Source: a virus
Taxonomy: Duplodnaviria > Heunggongvirae > Uroviricota > Caudoviricetes
IMG/VR virus record: IMGVR_UViG_2531839662_000025
DNA: 58,745 nt
Direction: 5' to 3' (one strand)
This document shows, in pieces, positions 47,472 through 57,505 of the stretch. Under the pieces are notes generated by a model. That model saw only the letters and a program-made list of their open reading frames with translations. It had not been told where the DNA came from and did not search any database. Every line of letters begins with the position of its first letter. Positions within the stretch are counted from its first letter, which is position 1. The position numbers were made by a program, and so were the translations under genes.

Positions 47472-49043
47472 TTACTGAGAGGTCAGATCAACTTTCCAGG
47501 GCAACAGATCGCGTACCCGGTTTGCCGGCCAATCCTGGATATGCTCAATGACGTAACGCAGCCATTTTTCTGGTTCCACATTGTTCAGACGGCATGTGCC
47601 GATCAGCGAGTACAACACCGCCGCATGTTCGCCACCGCTGTCGGAACCCGCGAAGAGCCAGTTTTTCCGGCCTACGGCCACTCCCCGTAAGGCGTTCTCT
47701 GCGATGTTGTTGTCGATTTCCACCCAGCCATTACTGCAGTACACGTTCAGGGCCTCCCACTGTTTCAGCAGGTATGCGAACGCTTTTGCCGTATCCGAGT
47801 GACGCGACAGTGTTTTCATCTGTTCCTGTATCCAGTCATACAGTGACTGCATCAGTGGAGCCGCTCTGGCTTTTCTTGCTGCCAGACGCTGTTCTGCTGA
47901 ACATCCCCGGACTTCTGCCTCGATGACATACAGTTCACCGATACGCTGCAGGGCTTCCGTGGTGATGTCGGTGGGCACTCTTGCATGCACATCGTGGATT
48001 TTTCTCCGGGCATGGGCCATACACGCGGCTTCCGTTATTCTGCCGGATTCGTATAACGCCCGGTAACCACCGTAAGCATCTGCCTGAAGCACACCGCTGT
48101 AACCGGCCAGGTGATTCTGTGGATGGATACCTTTCCGGTCCGGGCTGTACGCGAACCAGACCGCCGGGGGCATCTGTGAACCGGCGTTACGGTCATCACG
48201 GACATAGACCCACAGCCGGGCAGTTCTTGTTTTACCACTGCCCGGCTCCTGGACCGGAACGGGGATATCATCCGCATGGACTTTACCGGGCATCAGCACA
48301 TACTGGCGCAGGACGTCATACAGCGGCTCCAGCAGTTCAGCAACGGCACCTGTCCAGCGCCCCAGCGTGGCGCGGCTCAGCTCCACGCCCTGGCGACGGT
48401 ATATTTCTGACTGGCGGTATAACGGCAGATGGTCTGCATATTTCCCGGTAACAACATGGGCCAGAAGCCCCGCTCCGGCATAACTGCGTGCAATGGGTTT
48501 TGAAGGTACTGTTGCCTGCACGATATGGTCGCACCGACAACAGGCCAGTTTCGGACGTTGTGTTTCGATAACCTTAAAGGCGCTGCTGATAAGCTCCAGT
48601 TGCTCTGACACATCACACCCCAGAGGACTGAGGTCACCACCACAGGCCGGGCAGCATTCCTCTTCCGGCCGGATGACCCGGGTTTCACGGGGAAGTGAGG
48701 CCGGTAACGGTTTACGGGCTGAAGACTGGCGCAGGGCGGATGGCAGTACCGGGTCATATTGCTCACCCAGCGTTTCCGCCATTTCTTCCTGAAGTGCGCT
48801 GATTCGCTCCTGTGCTTCCTGTATCTGCCGTTCGGTTTTAGCGCGAAGTTTTTCTGAGCTTTTACCGAACTGCATGCGCTGCAGTTTCGCAACCAGCGCC
48901 TTCAGCCGGTTGATTTCGGAAGCATAAGCCGCCACCCGCTGTGAGAGCAGGCGGTTGTATTTCGCCATCTGGCGGATGGTGTCCTGTTGCGTCTGCAACA
49001 GTGCCCGCAGGCGGGCATTCTCATGAGCAAGTGAGGTGTCCAT
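47472..49043 (-). CDS. tnpC: IS66-family transposase TnpC
   Basis: 523-aa ORF with N-terminal leucine zipper, CCPACGG zinc motif and DDE-type core. Confidence 0.9.
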   Translation of the reverse strand: MDTSLAHENARLRALLQTQQDTIRQMAKYNRLLSQRVAAYASEINRLKALVAKLQRMQFGKSSEKLRAKTERQIQEAQERISALQEEMAETLGEQYDPVLPSALRQSSARKPLPASLPRETRVIRPEEECCPACGGDLSPLGCDVSEQLELISSAFKVIETQRPKLACCRCDHIVQATVPSKPIARSYAGAGLLAHVVTGKYADHLPLYRQSEIYRRQGVELSRATLGRWTGAVAELLEPLYDVLRQYVLMPGKVHADDIPVPVQEPGSGKTRTARLWVYVRDDRNAGSQMPPAVWFAYSPDRKGIHPQNHLAGYSGVLQADAYGGYRALYESGRITEAACMAHARRKIHDVHARVPTDITTEALQRIGELYVIEAEVRGCSAEQRLAARKARAAPLMQSLYDWIQEQMKTLSRHSDTAKAFAYLLKQWEALNVYCSNGWVEIDNNIAENALRGVAVGRKNWLFAGSDSGGEHAAVLYSLIGTCRLNNVEPEKWLRYVIEHIQDWPANRVRDLLPWKVDLTSQ

Positions 49044-49062
49044 ATCCTCACTTTACAACGGG

Positions 49063-49411
49063 TTATATGCGGATGCCAGCGCGTTCCGTTCGTTTCGGGT
49101 GCTTCCAGTCGATGCCTTCGAGAAGCATGGACAACTGAGCCGGAGTAAGGTGAACCTTTCCATCGCGGGTGACCGGCCAGACGAAGCGGCCCCGCGTCCA
49201 GGCGTTTGGTGAAGAGGCACAGTCCGTCACTGTCAGCCCACAGCACTTTTATCTGGTCACCCCGGCGTCCGCGGAAGATGAACAGATGCCCGGAGAACGG
49301 GTCATCCTTCAGGACGTTCTGAACTTTTGAGGCCAGGCCGTTAAAGCCATTTCGCATATCGGTGATACCGGCAACCAGCCAGATACGCGAACCGGCAGGG
49401 AGAGATATCAT
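49063..49411 (-). pseudogene. tnpB: IS66-family TnpB, apparent +1 frameshift in a G-run
   Basis: Track ORF 48902-49411 leaves the expected frame after KRL; the shifted frame gives RFVWPVTRDGKVHLTPAQLSMLLEGIDWKHPKRTERAGIRI and stops just before tnpC. Confidence 0.5.
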
Positions 49412-50061
49412 CAGTGGCTGCTCCCTTTCATTTCGCGGATAAGTGTCTGTAATAACGCCGGTGTCAGTTCACCTTTCAGCCTGAGAGTTCCGGCCGGCAG
49501 AACCAGCTCGCAGCACAGACTGTCTGGCAGTGTATTTATCTGTTCAGGTATCTGCACTGGTGCCGGGATTTTATTATCCGGCTCCGGAGTTAACGTCACG
49601 GGAAGTAGCGATGTTTCATGTTCGCCGGGCGGTTGCAGGCCACCGTTACGCCAGAGATGCCGCCAGTTAAAGAGCAGGTTATCGTTAATTCCATTCTCTC
49701 GAGCTATTTGTGCGACACAGGCACCGGGTAAAAGAGTTTGCTGAACCAGTCTCCATTTAAACTCCGGTGAAAATCGGTTCCGGCGGGGTTTCTCTGCTTT
49801 CACAGGCTGAGTCACGGTCGGGGCTGAAGGGTATCGCCCCGGGAAAAGAGCCCGGGCCAGTTGCCCGCAGGAATATTCACCGGAAAGAGGCCAGTCAGTG
49901 AATACCTGGTGAAATCGCCTCACCAGAGAAAAAATGGTGGTTTTGCTGACACCGGTCTGCGCAGAAATGCGCGGGTACGACAGTGACTCGTCAAATCTCA
50001 GCTGTAGCACACGCAGGATCAATTCCGGATTGTCTGCCAGTACCGCTTTTCGTGCATTCAT
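49411..50061 (-). CDS. tnpA: IS66-family accessory protein TnpA (orf1)
   Basis: 216-aa HTH ORF at the start of the IS operon. Confidence 0.7.
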   Translation of the reverse strand: MNARKAVLADNPELILRVLQLRFDESLSYPRISAQTGVSKTTIFSLVRRFHQVFTDWPLSGEYSCGQLARALFPGRYPSAPTVTQPVKAEKPRRNRFSPEFKWRLVQQTLLPGACVAQIARENGINDNLLFNWRHLWRNGGLQPPGEHETSLLPVTLTPEPDNKIPAPVQIPEQINTLPDSLCCELVLPAGTLRLKGELTPALLQTLIREMKGSSH

Positions 50062-50146
50062 CTTAAATGTCCCTTTACTGCGAAAATGGACATTAGTATC
50101 GGAAACAGGAAAGGGAGGCGAAAGACGGTTTAAATGAGACGGTTAC

Positions 50147-50154
50147 GGTTGTGC
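50147..50154. repeat. 8-bp target site duplication GGTTGTGC (right)
   Basis: Direct repeat of 47434-47441. Confidence 0.75.
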
Positions 50155-50442
50155 TCCGGCTTTACCCTGTTTTTGTGCTGGTTTGCGGATAACCCTTGCT
50201 TTTCTTGCCGAACTTGCCAGCCATTCACGGTAAACTCCCTCTGAAAGGAATACCCCTTTTCCGCTGACAACATACACTTCGCCCTGGCTCACCAGCATCT
50301 TCAGGTACCGGCGAATGGAATCATGTGAAGCATATGTTGTCGATGCCAGTTGTGGCATTGTCATACGCCCGTTTTTACGTACAAGGTCAACGATGTGACG
50401 CTGTAATCTTTCCCGCTGTTCTTCGGTATAAATAGCCCCCAT
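50147..50442 (-). pseudogene. winged-helix phage protein disrupted by the IS66 insertion
   Basis: Track ORF 50143-50442 takes its stop codon from the IS terminus; the same frame continues on the other side of the IS at 47441-47328 for 34 more codons. Confidence 0.65.
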
Positions 50443-50484
50443 AAACTCTCCTGAGAAAATAACTTCATAACCTCAAATCAACAC

Positions 50485-51432
50485 TTACCCCCTGAACCCC
50501 GGCGGAATTTCGGTGTCCGGTTCAGAAATGTGATTCACGCAACGCTGTACAGGCGAACGCCCCAGACGAATAACCAGCTCATCCCATTTTTCGCGAAGCT
50601 TTGACGGGCTCATGACGTTTTTTACCCAGAATGGATCCCGCTGTACCCGACCAAACATTTCGCAAATTTGTCTGTGAGTTCTGCCATCCAGCATCCGCAT
50701 TGTGCGCACATCATTGGCCCATGCAGTCCAGTTGGGTTCTTTCGGTCGCATGATTTCGCCATCATCGCTGGCAGCCTGCTCGTAAAGACTCACGATTCGT
50801 CCCCAGATCCACTGCGCACACGCTAAATCTTCCTGGCTGCCCCACTGGCGTTTTTTCGCACTGAACACAACCGCGTCAGGGTGTCGGGTTAAAAAATCCT
50901 GTTCAGCCGTCTGCGAGTCCGGTTGCGAAGCTTCCGGACGAAAAGATCTTTTATCTGACGGATCAGGTTTTAATACTGACGGATCGGGGCCAACCATCGC
51001 CCCCCTAACCGGATGTTTTTTATCAACGGTTGATCCATCAAAATTTGAGGGGTCAATCGTTGAGGGGTCAATATTTGACGGGTCATTTTTTACCGGGTTA
51101 ATTTTTCTTTTCGGTTTATATGCCTCACGCGCCGCCGCTGCTGCTGCTTCGAGTTTTTCCACATTAAGACGGTAGATATTGCTTTCATTACGCCCACCGA
51201 CCTTACGTTCTTCCTTCGTCAGCCAGCCGTTCTTTTCCAGTTCTGCTATCGCAGCTTTAACCGTTGATTCACTCTTTGCCCCAATCTGACGACGAATGGT
51301 CTCCACTGCAGGCCATGACACACCTTCGTCATTGCTGTAATCTGCAAGGCGAGCCATTACTGCCACCCTGGATAAGATCATGCCGGTGAAGGCACACCCT
51401 TCCCAGACAAGACCATGAAGCTTGCTGCTCAT
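50485..51432 (-). CDS. replication initiation protein, lambda O-like
   Basis: 315-aa ORF: N-terminal HTH, internal peptide repeats (DPSNIDPSTIDPSNFDGSTVD) encoded by DNA iterons. Confidence 0.7.
   Translation of the reverse strand: MSSKLHGLVWEGCAFTGMILSRVAVMARLADYSNDEGVSWPAVETIRRQIGAKSESTVKAAIAELEKNGWLTKEERKVGGRNESNIYRLNVEKLEAAAAAAREAYKPKRKINPVKNDPSNIDPSTIDPSNFDGSTVDKKHPVRGAMVGPDPSVLKPDPSDKRSFRPEASQPDSQTAEQDFLTRHPDAVVFSAKKRQWGSQEDLACAQWIWGRIVSLYEQAASDDGEIMRPKEPNWTAWANDVRTMRMLDGRTHRQICEMFGRVQRDPFWVKNVMSPSKLREKWDELVIRLGRSPVQRCVNHISEPDTEIPPGFRG
50954..51106. repeat. origin iterons inside the O-like gene
   Basis: Tandem TTGAGGGGTCAAT / TTGACGGGTCATT / TGACGGATC repeats followed by an AT-rich stretch. 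Confidence 0.6.
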
Positions 51433-51455
51433 AAAAAACTCCGAACACCGTGCTT

Positions 51456-51881
51456 TTAGTGCATCACCACGGCATTTCCCGCCGGACCACCACGATTCAT
51501 CTGATTGAAACCAGCGATCGCCACTGCGACAAAATCATCAGCGTCTCTCACCAGTCGTTCCCGCATCTCCACCAGCTCCCGAAAATAGGCTGAACTGTGG
51601 CTGCGCATTCGGGCCACCAGCAGAGGTGGCATTGCCTTTTCGATCGCCGGTAACAGCGCCTGAATTTTTTTAACCGCATCAGGGGTGTCTTTCTCCACCC
51701 AGCGGAAAATTTTCTGAGTATTGCGAGCCAGGGCTTCCGGATGCCTGTCGTCATATAGCTCCGGGAACGTCATACCAAGCTCAAAATAAGCCTGGGTTAT
51801 TTCAGCTGCCGGAACTTTTTCACCGTCCGGATGCGCCCAGGCATTCATCGCCATGCGGATGTGTTCATGCTTGATTTTCAT
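51456..51881 (-). CDS. YdaT-like protein (CII-like regulator)
   Basis: 141-aa ORF closely resembling Rac YdaT as I recall it. Confidence 0.6.
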   Translation of the reverse strand: MKIKHEHIRMAMNAWAHPDGEKVPAAEITQAYFELGMTFPELYDDRHPEALARNTQKIFRWVEKDTPDAVKKIQALLPAIEKAMPPLLVARMRSHSSAYFRELVEMRERLVRDADDFVAVAIAGFNQMNRGGPAGNAVVMH

Positions 51882-52093
51882 TAATCATTCTTTCCTTCGT
51901 TCGAGGTGCTATCCTGCTTCTTGTAAAGTTCTGGGTTGTATTTCAATTCACCGTTAGTAATTTCATCCAGTTCCATTGCGCGAAGTTTGGGAATAACTGC
52001 TTTCCACCGCACAACAGCCACATGTGAAATTCCAAGAGCCTCAGCTACTAGTCGCTTTTTTTTGAAATAGCGCAGAACATCATCTTTGAACAT
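51881..52093 (-). CDS. Cro-like HTH regulator (YdaS-like)
   Basis: 70-aa HTH ORF divergent from the cI-like gene. Confidence 0.65.
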   Translation of the reverse strand: MFKDDVLRYFKKKRLVAEALGISHVAVVRWKAVIPKLRAMELDEITNGELKYNPELYKKQDSTSNEGKND

Positions 52094-52121
52094 AAAACTC
52101 TCCTGTTATTTCGAGCGGGAT

Positions 52122-52184
52122 GGTAACAATAGTTACATAGCAATGTCAACCATAGCAACATCACTTGGTAGTAACATTGGTTAC
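52122..52184. promoter_or_regulatory. operator sites in the cI/cro-like divergent promoter region
   Basis: GGTAACAATAGTTAC (52122-52136) and GTAACATTGGTTAC (52171-52184); palindromic half-sites GTAAC/GTTAC. Confidence 0.55.
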
Positions 52185-52859
52185 ATGAAAAACACTATCA
52201 GCGAACGTATTCGGAATCGTCGAAAAGACGTTGGATTAACCCAACAGCAGGTTGCGAAAGCAATCGGCATATCTCGTGTATCCGTAACAAAATGGGAAAA
52301 TGGCTCTTCAAAACCTGACGGTGAGAATTTGCATCTACTGTCAAAATTGCTTTCCAAATCTCCTGAATGGATTCTTTATGGAAAGGACTGTCACGATAAA
52401 ACCGATGATCTGCGTCTGAATCAGTACCCTTACATTAGTGACAACATCGCCCGGTTGCCCGTTTTAACGTGGGAACAGGCTGGTTATTGGGATATGAGTT
52501 GTCCAGTAACCGAGATTCCTGGTATTAAGAATTGGGTTGATGTCATGACAAAAACCGCTGAAAACTCTTTTTTATTGCATGTTGAGGGAGATGCGATGAC
52601 AAACTCTAACGGCCTCCCAACCATCCCCGACGGATCTACCGTGCTGATCACACCATGCTCAAGTAACATTAGAGAACTGGTGGGAAAAATAATCTTAATC
52701 CAATTGGAAGGAACGCCAAACGTAACACTAAAAAAAGTTGCGATTGACGGACCAAACATCTATCTGTTGTCACTGAATCCGCTTTACAAACCCATCGAAC
52801 TGAATGGTGGTTACACCATTAAAGGTAAAGTTTCACAAATACATCAATACTTAGACTGA
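52185..52859 (+). CDS. CI-like repressor (HTH plus S24 LexA-like peptidase domain)
   Basis: Track ORF 52086-52859; likely start MKNTISER at 52185 (alternative 52143). Confidence 0.75.
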   Translation: MKNTISERIRNRRKDVGLTQQQVAKAIGISRVSVTKWENGSSKPDGENLHLLSKLLSKSPEWILYGKDCHDKTDDLRLNQYPYISDNIARLPVLTWEQAGYWDMSCPVTEIPGIKNWVDVMTKTAENSFLLHVEGDAMTNSNGLPTIPDGSTVLITPCSSNIRELVGKIILIQLEGTPNVTLKKVAIDGPNIYLLSLNPLYKPIELNGGYTIKGKVSQIHQYLD

Positions 52860-52864
52860 GTCAG

Positions 52865-52891
52865 AACCCGCATTCATTGCGGGTTTTTTAT
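52865..52891 (+). terminator. rho-independent terminator after cI-like gene
   Basis: AACCCGC/GCGGGTT stem followed by TTTTTT. Confidence 0.65.
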
Positions 52892-52930
52892 GCTCTCGAA
52901 TGTACCTTTTGCAACACTGTATTGACTCGA

Positions 52931-52950
52931 AAGGTAACTCTTGTTACCTT
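52931..52950. promoter_or_regulatory. operator, perfect palindrome AAGGTAAC-TCTT-GTTACCTT
   Basis: Same GGTAAC half-site as the cI/cro operators, overlapping a TTGACT -35-like hexamer at the head of the leftward operon. Confidence 0.55.
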
Positions 52951-53050
52951 AACGACATACCAACCCACCCCGCCCCACAGAACGCAGGGCAATACTTCGA
53001 GTTACCAGGCAGTGGTCAGGGGTTAAGTAGCCAGCCCGAGGCGTAAGAAC

Positions 53051-53185
53051 ATGACGGCAGGGTTCAACTTTAACTATGCAGCAGGTTTTTGTTCCGCTAC
53101 CCCGGCGTTAAGGGGAAACAGCACTGAGAGGAATCAGTATGCAGAAACGAGAACCCGTCATCATCGCGCCAGACTATACCGATGA
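53051..53185 (+). CDS. possible small ORF (44 aa, YdfB-like position)
   Basis: Hand-translated MTAGFNFNYAAGF...; overlaps the start of the next gene in another frame. Confidence 0.25.
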   Translation: MTAGFNFNYAAGFCSATPALRGNSTERNQYAETRTRHHRARLYR

Positions 53186-53357
53186 TGAACTTTATGAGTG
53201 GATGCGCCAGAAAATTACGGCAGCGCAGGACCTGAAGTGGGCCAATGAAGCCAGGGCTAAGCAGGCTGAAAATCTGTCCGCTCTGGAGCAGGATATCACC
53301 AGGCTGGAAAAAGCAGCGGCATTAAGCATTGCCAGAATGATTACATACCCGCGTTAA
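53139..53357 (+). CDS. YdfC-like small protein
   Basis: 72-aa ORF resembling Qin YdfC as I recall it. Confidence 0.55.
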   Translation: MQKREPVIIAPDYTDDELYEWMRQKITAAQDLKWANEARAKQAENLSALEQDITRLEKAAALSIARMITYPR

Positions 53358-53492
53358 TAGCTAACCAACGAGGCTAAGGTTGGTAATTAAGGAGTTCTCC
53401 ACGGGTCAGGTGGAGTGCGTGCGCCGGACACGGGTGAGCATCCGGCACGTTCTTTAAAAATCTGGATAGTCCCAACTTATTTAAACGGTTAA

Positions 53493-53927
53493 TTATCTTG
53501 AGTTCATCCAGAACTTATTATTGCAAGCGGGGCAAAAAGTACGAAAATGAGCATCAAAGCGCATTATTTCCATTGGCTGAAGTACAGATATTACCTTTTT
53601 TCCAAAGCATTGTGGGCAAAGATGCACAGTTATCTCAGTATCGCCTATAAATTGCTTCTTGGAATATACAAGGGTTCCAGAATCAAGCTTGTTAAGCTTG
53701 TAACCTTCCGCCTGTCGCTGAAAATCTTCTGTCTCTGCAATTTTTGCTTTGAGATGCATTATCTCTTCATCACGAAAGCGGATCGCATCGCAAAGAGAGA
53801 AGCATTCCGCCTGAAGCGTGATTAGTTTGTTCTGAAGTTCAATAGTTGCGGCTTTAACTTCTGCATCCGTTTTTGCGTCATTAATAACCTTAGCGAGACC
53901 AGCTGTCTCCTTTATCGCAGCCATAGC
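53493..53927 (-). CDS. hypothetical coiled-coil / zinc-ribbon protein (reverse-oriented moron)
   Basis: Track ORF 53493-54068; likely start MAAIKETAG at 53927; C-terminal CPQC...CPAC; AT-rich; antisense to the surrounding plus-strand operon. Confidence 0.5.
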   Translation of the reverse strand, partial: AMAAIKETAGLAKVINDAKTDAEVKAATIELQNKLITLQAECFSLCDAIRFRDEEIMHLKAKIAETEDFQRQAEGYKLNKLDSGTLVYSKKQFIGDTEITVHLCPQCFGKKVISVLQPMEIMRFDAHFRTFCPACNNKFWMNSR

Positions 53928-54249
53928 TGCTGACAGTTCTGCTATCACGTTGAGTACTCTTCTCGTTGTTGGGGATATCCGGATTATACGAATTTCTTGT
54001 TGTTGGGGAATAACAGGAACCACCTCGCCTGACGTGGTTAAAAGCAGGCACACAACGCGAAAGCGCACGGCGAGGTAGCTGGTTCATAGATAGCCTGTCG
54101 TTAAATTTTCGTCGACAGTGCGCTTCCGGTTGTGGCACTCCGCGAAATGGCGCGGCGGTAAGTATGGCGGGGTTATCCTTGCCCCATTAGTGGCACCGGG
54201 TTGTCAGGTTGACCATACGCCTGAGTGACAACCCCGCTGCAACAACCCA

Positions 54250-54306
54250 TGTTGATTACCTTTTTGGCGGCATCAGTTTCATTGCTGGCTGATGTCCGCC
54301 CTTTTT
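54250..54306 (+). ncRNA. dicF: DicF-like small RNA
   Basis: TTTGGCGGCATCAGTTT...CTGATGTCCGCCCTTTTT resembles E. coli DicF from memory, including terminator hairpin and T-run, immediately upstream of dicB; ends approximate. Confidence 0.45.
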
Positions 54307-54489
54307 AAAGTGAATTTTGTGATGCGGTGAATGCGGCTCAGCGCACGCGGAACAGTTAAAAAGGCCAGTTGACTTCCGTATTGGTTCTTATGGGTGGGTT
54401 CTCTGTATCCGGCGTTAATTATTAACTGGTTAACGTCACCTGGAGGCACCAGGCACCGCATCACAAAATTCATTGTTGAGGACGCGATA

Positions 54490-54678
54490 ATGGAAACGTT
54501 ATTACCAAACGTTAATACGTCTGAAGGTTGTTTTGAAATTGGTGTCAGAATCAGTAACCCTGTATTTACTGAAGATGCCATTAATAAGAGAAAACACGAA
54601 CGGGAGTTATTAAATAAAATATGCATTGTTTCAATGCTGGCCCGTTTACGTCTGATGCAAAAAGGATACTGGCAATGA
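54490..54678 (+). CDS. dicB: cell division inhibitor DicB
   Basis: 62-aa METLLPNVNTSEGCFEIGVRISNPVFTEDAINKRKHERELLNKICIVSMLARLRLMQKGYWQ, near-identical to K-12 DicB as recalled. Confidence 0.8.
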   Translation: METLLPNVNTSEGCFEIGVRISNPVFTEDAINKRKHERELLNKICIVSMLARLRLMQKGYWQ

Positions 54679-54878
54679 ATACTGCTATTGCCCTCACTCT
54701 GACTGTTTTTCTTAATACTGGCGAGCCTGTTGACATGGTTATTGACATTTACGGTTCAATGAAAGAATGCATGGCTGCCGCAGCAGAACAAAAAATTCCC
54801 GGTAACTGCTATCCGGTCGATAAAGTTATTCACATGGACAATAACGAAATCCCGGCAGGACTTAAAACAGCACCGTAA
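54675..54878 (+). CDS. YdfD-like small protein
   Basis: 67-aa ORF with hydrophobic N-terminus directly after dicB (ATGA overlap). Confidence 0.55.
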   Translation: MNTAIALTLTVFLNTGEPVDMVIDIYGSMKECMAAAAEQKIPGNCYPVDKVIHMDNNEIPAGLKTAP

Positions 54879-54958
54879 TTAATATCCGGTTTCATTTTTA
54901 TATGCCAGCAATGGCAGGGATTTGTTCACCCTTAAATCTGTAATGAGGTTAAAACAAA

Positions 54959-57439
54959 ATGAGTAAAGTCTTTATTTGCGCCGCCATTCCGGACGAACAG
55001 GCAATAAAGGAAGAAGGTGCAGTCGCTGTAGCCACTGCCATTGAAGCCGGCGACGAACGCCGCGCCCGTGCCAAATTTACCTGGCAATTCCTGGAGCAAT
55101 ATCCGGCTGCTCAGGACTGCGCTTATAAATTTCTTGTCTGCGAGGATAAACCCGGCATGCCCCGCCCTGCCATCGACTCCTGGGATACCGAATATATGCT
55201 GGAAAACCGCTGGGATGAGGAAGGCGCTTCCTTTGTTCCGGTCGAACCAGAATCCGATCCGATGAACGTCAATTTTGACAAGCTGTCCCTTGAAGTACAG
55301 AACGCGGTCCTGGTTAAGTTCGGTACATGTGAAAACATCACCGTTGATATGGTGATTAGTGCACAGGAATTGTTGCAGGAGGACATGGCAACATTCGACG
55401 GGCATATCGTTGAGGCACTGATGAAAATGCCTGAAGTTAACGTCATGTATTCAGAACTAAAGCTGTTCGCCATCGGGTGGGTTAAACATAAATGTAAGCC
55501 GGGCGCAAAATGGCCTGAGATCCAGACAGAATTACGCACCTGGAAAAAACGTCGCGAAGCCGAACGCAAAGAAACCGGGAAATACACGTCTGTTGTTGAT
55601 CTTGCCCGCGCCAGAGTCAACCGGCAGCACACTGAAAACTCAGCAGGAAAAATCAACCCCGCCACTGCCGCCATTCGTCGCGAATACAAGCAGACATGGA
55701 AAACGCTGGATGAAGAACTGGCCTACGCTCTGTGGCCTGGCGATATTAATGCCGGAAACATTGACGGCAGCATCCATCGCTGGGCAAAAAATGAAGTTAT
55801 CGACAAAGATCGCGAAGACTGGAAGCGCATTTCCGCATCAATGCGCAAACAACCCGATGCCGTTCGCTACGACCGTCAGACTATTTTTGGCCTTGTCCGT
55901 GAGCGTCCGATCGACATTCACAAAGATCCCGTGGCACTGAACAAATACATCACTGAATACCTGGTGACAAAGGGCGTGTTTGAGGATGAAGAAACAGACC
56001 AGAACACTACTGATATTCTCCAGCCGTCAGCAGCACAAACTGATGCAGTGGAAACTGAAGTATCTGATACCCAAAAAAATGAAAGCACGCTGGAAACTGA
56101 ACCATCTGTAGAGCGTGAGGGGCCGTTCTACTTCCTTTTCACCGATAAGGATGGCGAAAAATATGGTCGTGCAAACAAACTTTCTGGTCTGAATAAGGCG
56201 CTGGCTGCAGGGGCTACTGAAATCACGAAAGAAGAATATTTTGCCCGCAAAAACGGCACATACTCAGGTTCACAACAAAATACTGGTGCATCTGACACGA
56301 CCGCACAACCGGAGCCGGTAAAAGTTACCGCTGACGAAGTAAACAAAATTATGCAGGCAGCCAATATCAGCCAGCCTGACGCCAATCAGTTGCTTGCTGT
56401 ATCACGTGGTGAATTTGTTGCAGGGATTAGCGACCCGAATGATCCGAAATGGGTGAAGGGGATTGAAACCCGCGATTCAGTGAATCAGAACCAGCAAGAA
56501 ACGGAACAGAACGACCAGAAAGCGGAACAAAACAGCCCAAATGCGTTACAAAACGAGCCAGAAACGAAACAACCTGAGCCAGTAGCGCAACAGGAAGCGG
56601 AAAAAGTCTGCACCGCCTGCGGTCAGACCGGCGGCGGCAACTGCCCTGATTGTGGTGCGGTGATGGGCGACGCAACATACCAGGAAACATTCGATGAAGA
56701 GAATCAGGTTGAAGTTCAGGAAAATGATCCGGAGGAAATGGAAGGCGCTGAACATCCACACAAGGAGAATGCTGGCAGCGCTCAGGACCACGCCAGCGAT
56801 AATGAAACTGGCGAGACGGCAGATCCCTTAATTGCGGTGAACGGTCATCACGTTATCACATCCACCAGCAGAGTGTGGTACCACCTGATGATCGACCTTG
56901 AAACAATGGGAACCAACACCAATGCGCCCATCGTGGTTATTGGTGCGGTTTTCTTCGACCCACAAACAGGGGAAATCGGGCCAGTATTTTATATCGTTAT
57001 CAGTCTGACTGACGCAATGAATACAGGGGCTGTTCCTGACGGTGGAACCATCGAATGGTGGCTGAAGCAGTCCAGTGAAGCCAGAGCTGCCATTTTAACA
57101 GACCAGGTAAAACTGAAGGATGCCCTTTCGCGGTTTCGGGAGTTCATCAACGAATACTCAGATGAAAAATTCGTTCAGGTATGGGGTAATGGTGCAACTT
57201 TCGATAACGCAATTTTGCGCACCTCATACGAACGTCTGGACATCCCCTGCCCGTGGCGCTACTACAACGATCGCGATGTACGCACAATCGTTGAGCTGGG
57301 AAAAACAATCGACTTTGATGCCAGAACAGTTATTCCATTTGAAGGCGTGCGCCACAATGCGCTGGATGATGCCCGTCACCAGGCAAAATACGTTACAGCC
57401 ACGATACAAAAACTGATCCCGAATCCGGTTGATTTTTAA
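54959..57439 (+). CDS. large early-left protein with C-terminal DEDD-type 3'-5' exonuclease domain
   Basis: 826-aa ORF; C-terminal ~200 aa carry exonuclease-like [18 protein letters not shown] and HNALDDARH motifs; internal [16 protein letters not shown] zinc ribbon. Confidence 0.55.
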   Translation: MSKVFICAAIPDEQAIKEEGAVAVATAIEAGDERRARAKFTWQFLEQYPAAQDCAYKFLVCEDKPGMPRPAIDSWDTEYMLENRWDEEGASFVPVEPESDPMNVNFDKLSLEVQNAVLVKFGTCENITVDMVISAQELLQEDMATFDGHIVEALMKMPEVNVMYSELKLFAIGWVKHKCKPGAKWPEIQTELRTWKKRREAERKETGKYTSVVDLARARVNRQHTENSAGKINPATAAIRREYKQTWKTLDEELAYALWPGDINAGNIDGSIHRWAKNEVIDKDREDWKRISASMRKQPDAVRYDRQTIFGLVRERPIDIHKDPVALNKYITEYLVTKGVFEDEETDQNTTDILQPSAAQTDAVETEVSDTQKNESTLETEPSVEREGPFYFLFTDKDGEKYGRANKLSGLNKALAAGATEITKEEYFARKNGTYSGSQQNTGASDTTAQPEPVKVTADEVNKIMQAANISQPDANQLLAVSRGEFVAGISDPNDPKWVKGIETRDSVNQNQQETEQNDQKAEQNSPNALQNEPETKQPEPVAQQEAEKVCTACGQTGGGNCPDCGAVMGDATYQETFDEENQVEVQENDPEEMEGAEHPHKENAGSAQDHASDNETGETADPLIAVNGHHVITSTSRVWYHLMIDLETMGTNTNAPIVVIGAVFFDPQTGEIGPVFYIVISLTDAMNTGAVPDGGTIEWWLKQSSEARAAILTDQVKLKDALSRFREFINEYSDEKFVQVWGNGATFDNAILRTSYERLDIPCPWRYYNDRDVRTIVELGKTIDFDARTVIPFEGVRHNALDDARHQAKYVTATIQKLIPNPVDF

Positions 57440-57505
57440 TGTTCACCCCTGATCGCCGTCTCCGAATTATATTGGCGGCGGTCATGCTGTAAGGCACGTG
57501 ACCAC

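Larger units (their letters stand above)
47442..50146. mobile_element. IS66-family insertion sequence (2705 bp)
   Basis: Three-gene tnpA/tnpB/tnpC layout, termini GTAAGCGGCTC and GAGACGGTTAC (imperfect inverted repeats), flanked by 8-bp direct repeats. Confidence 0.85.
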
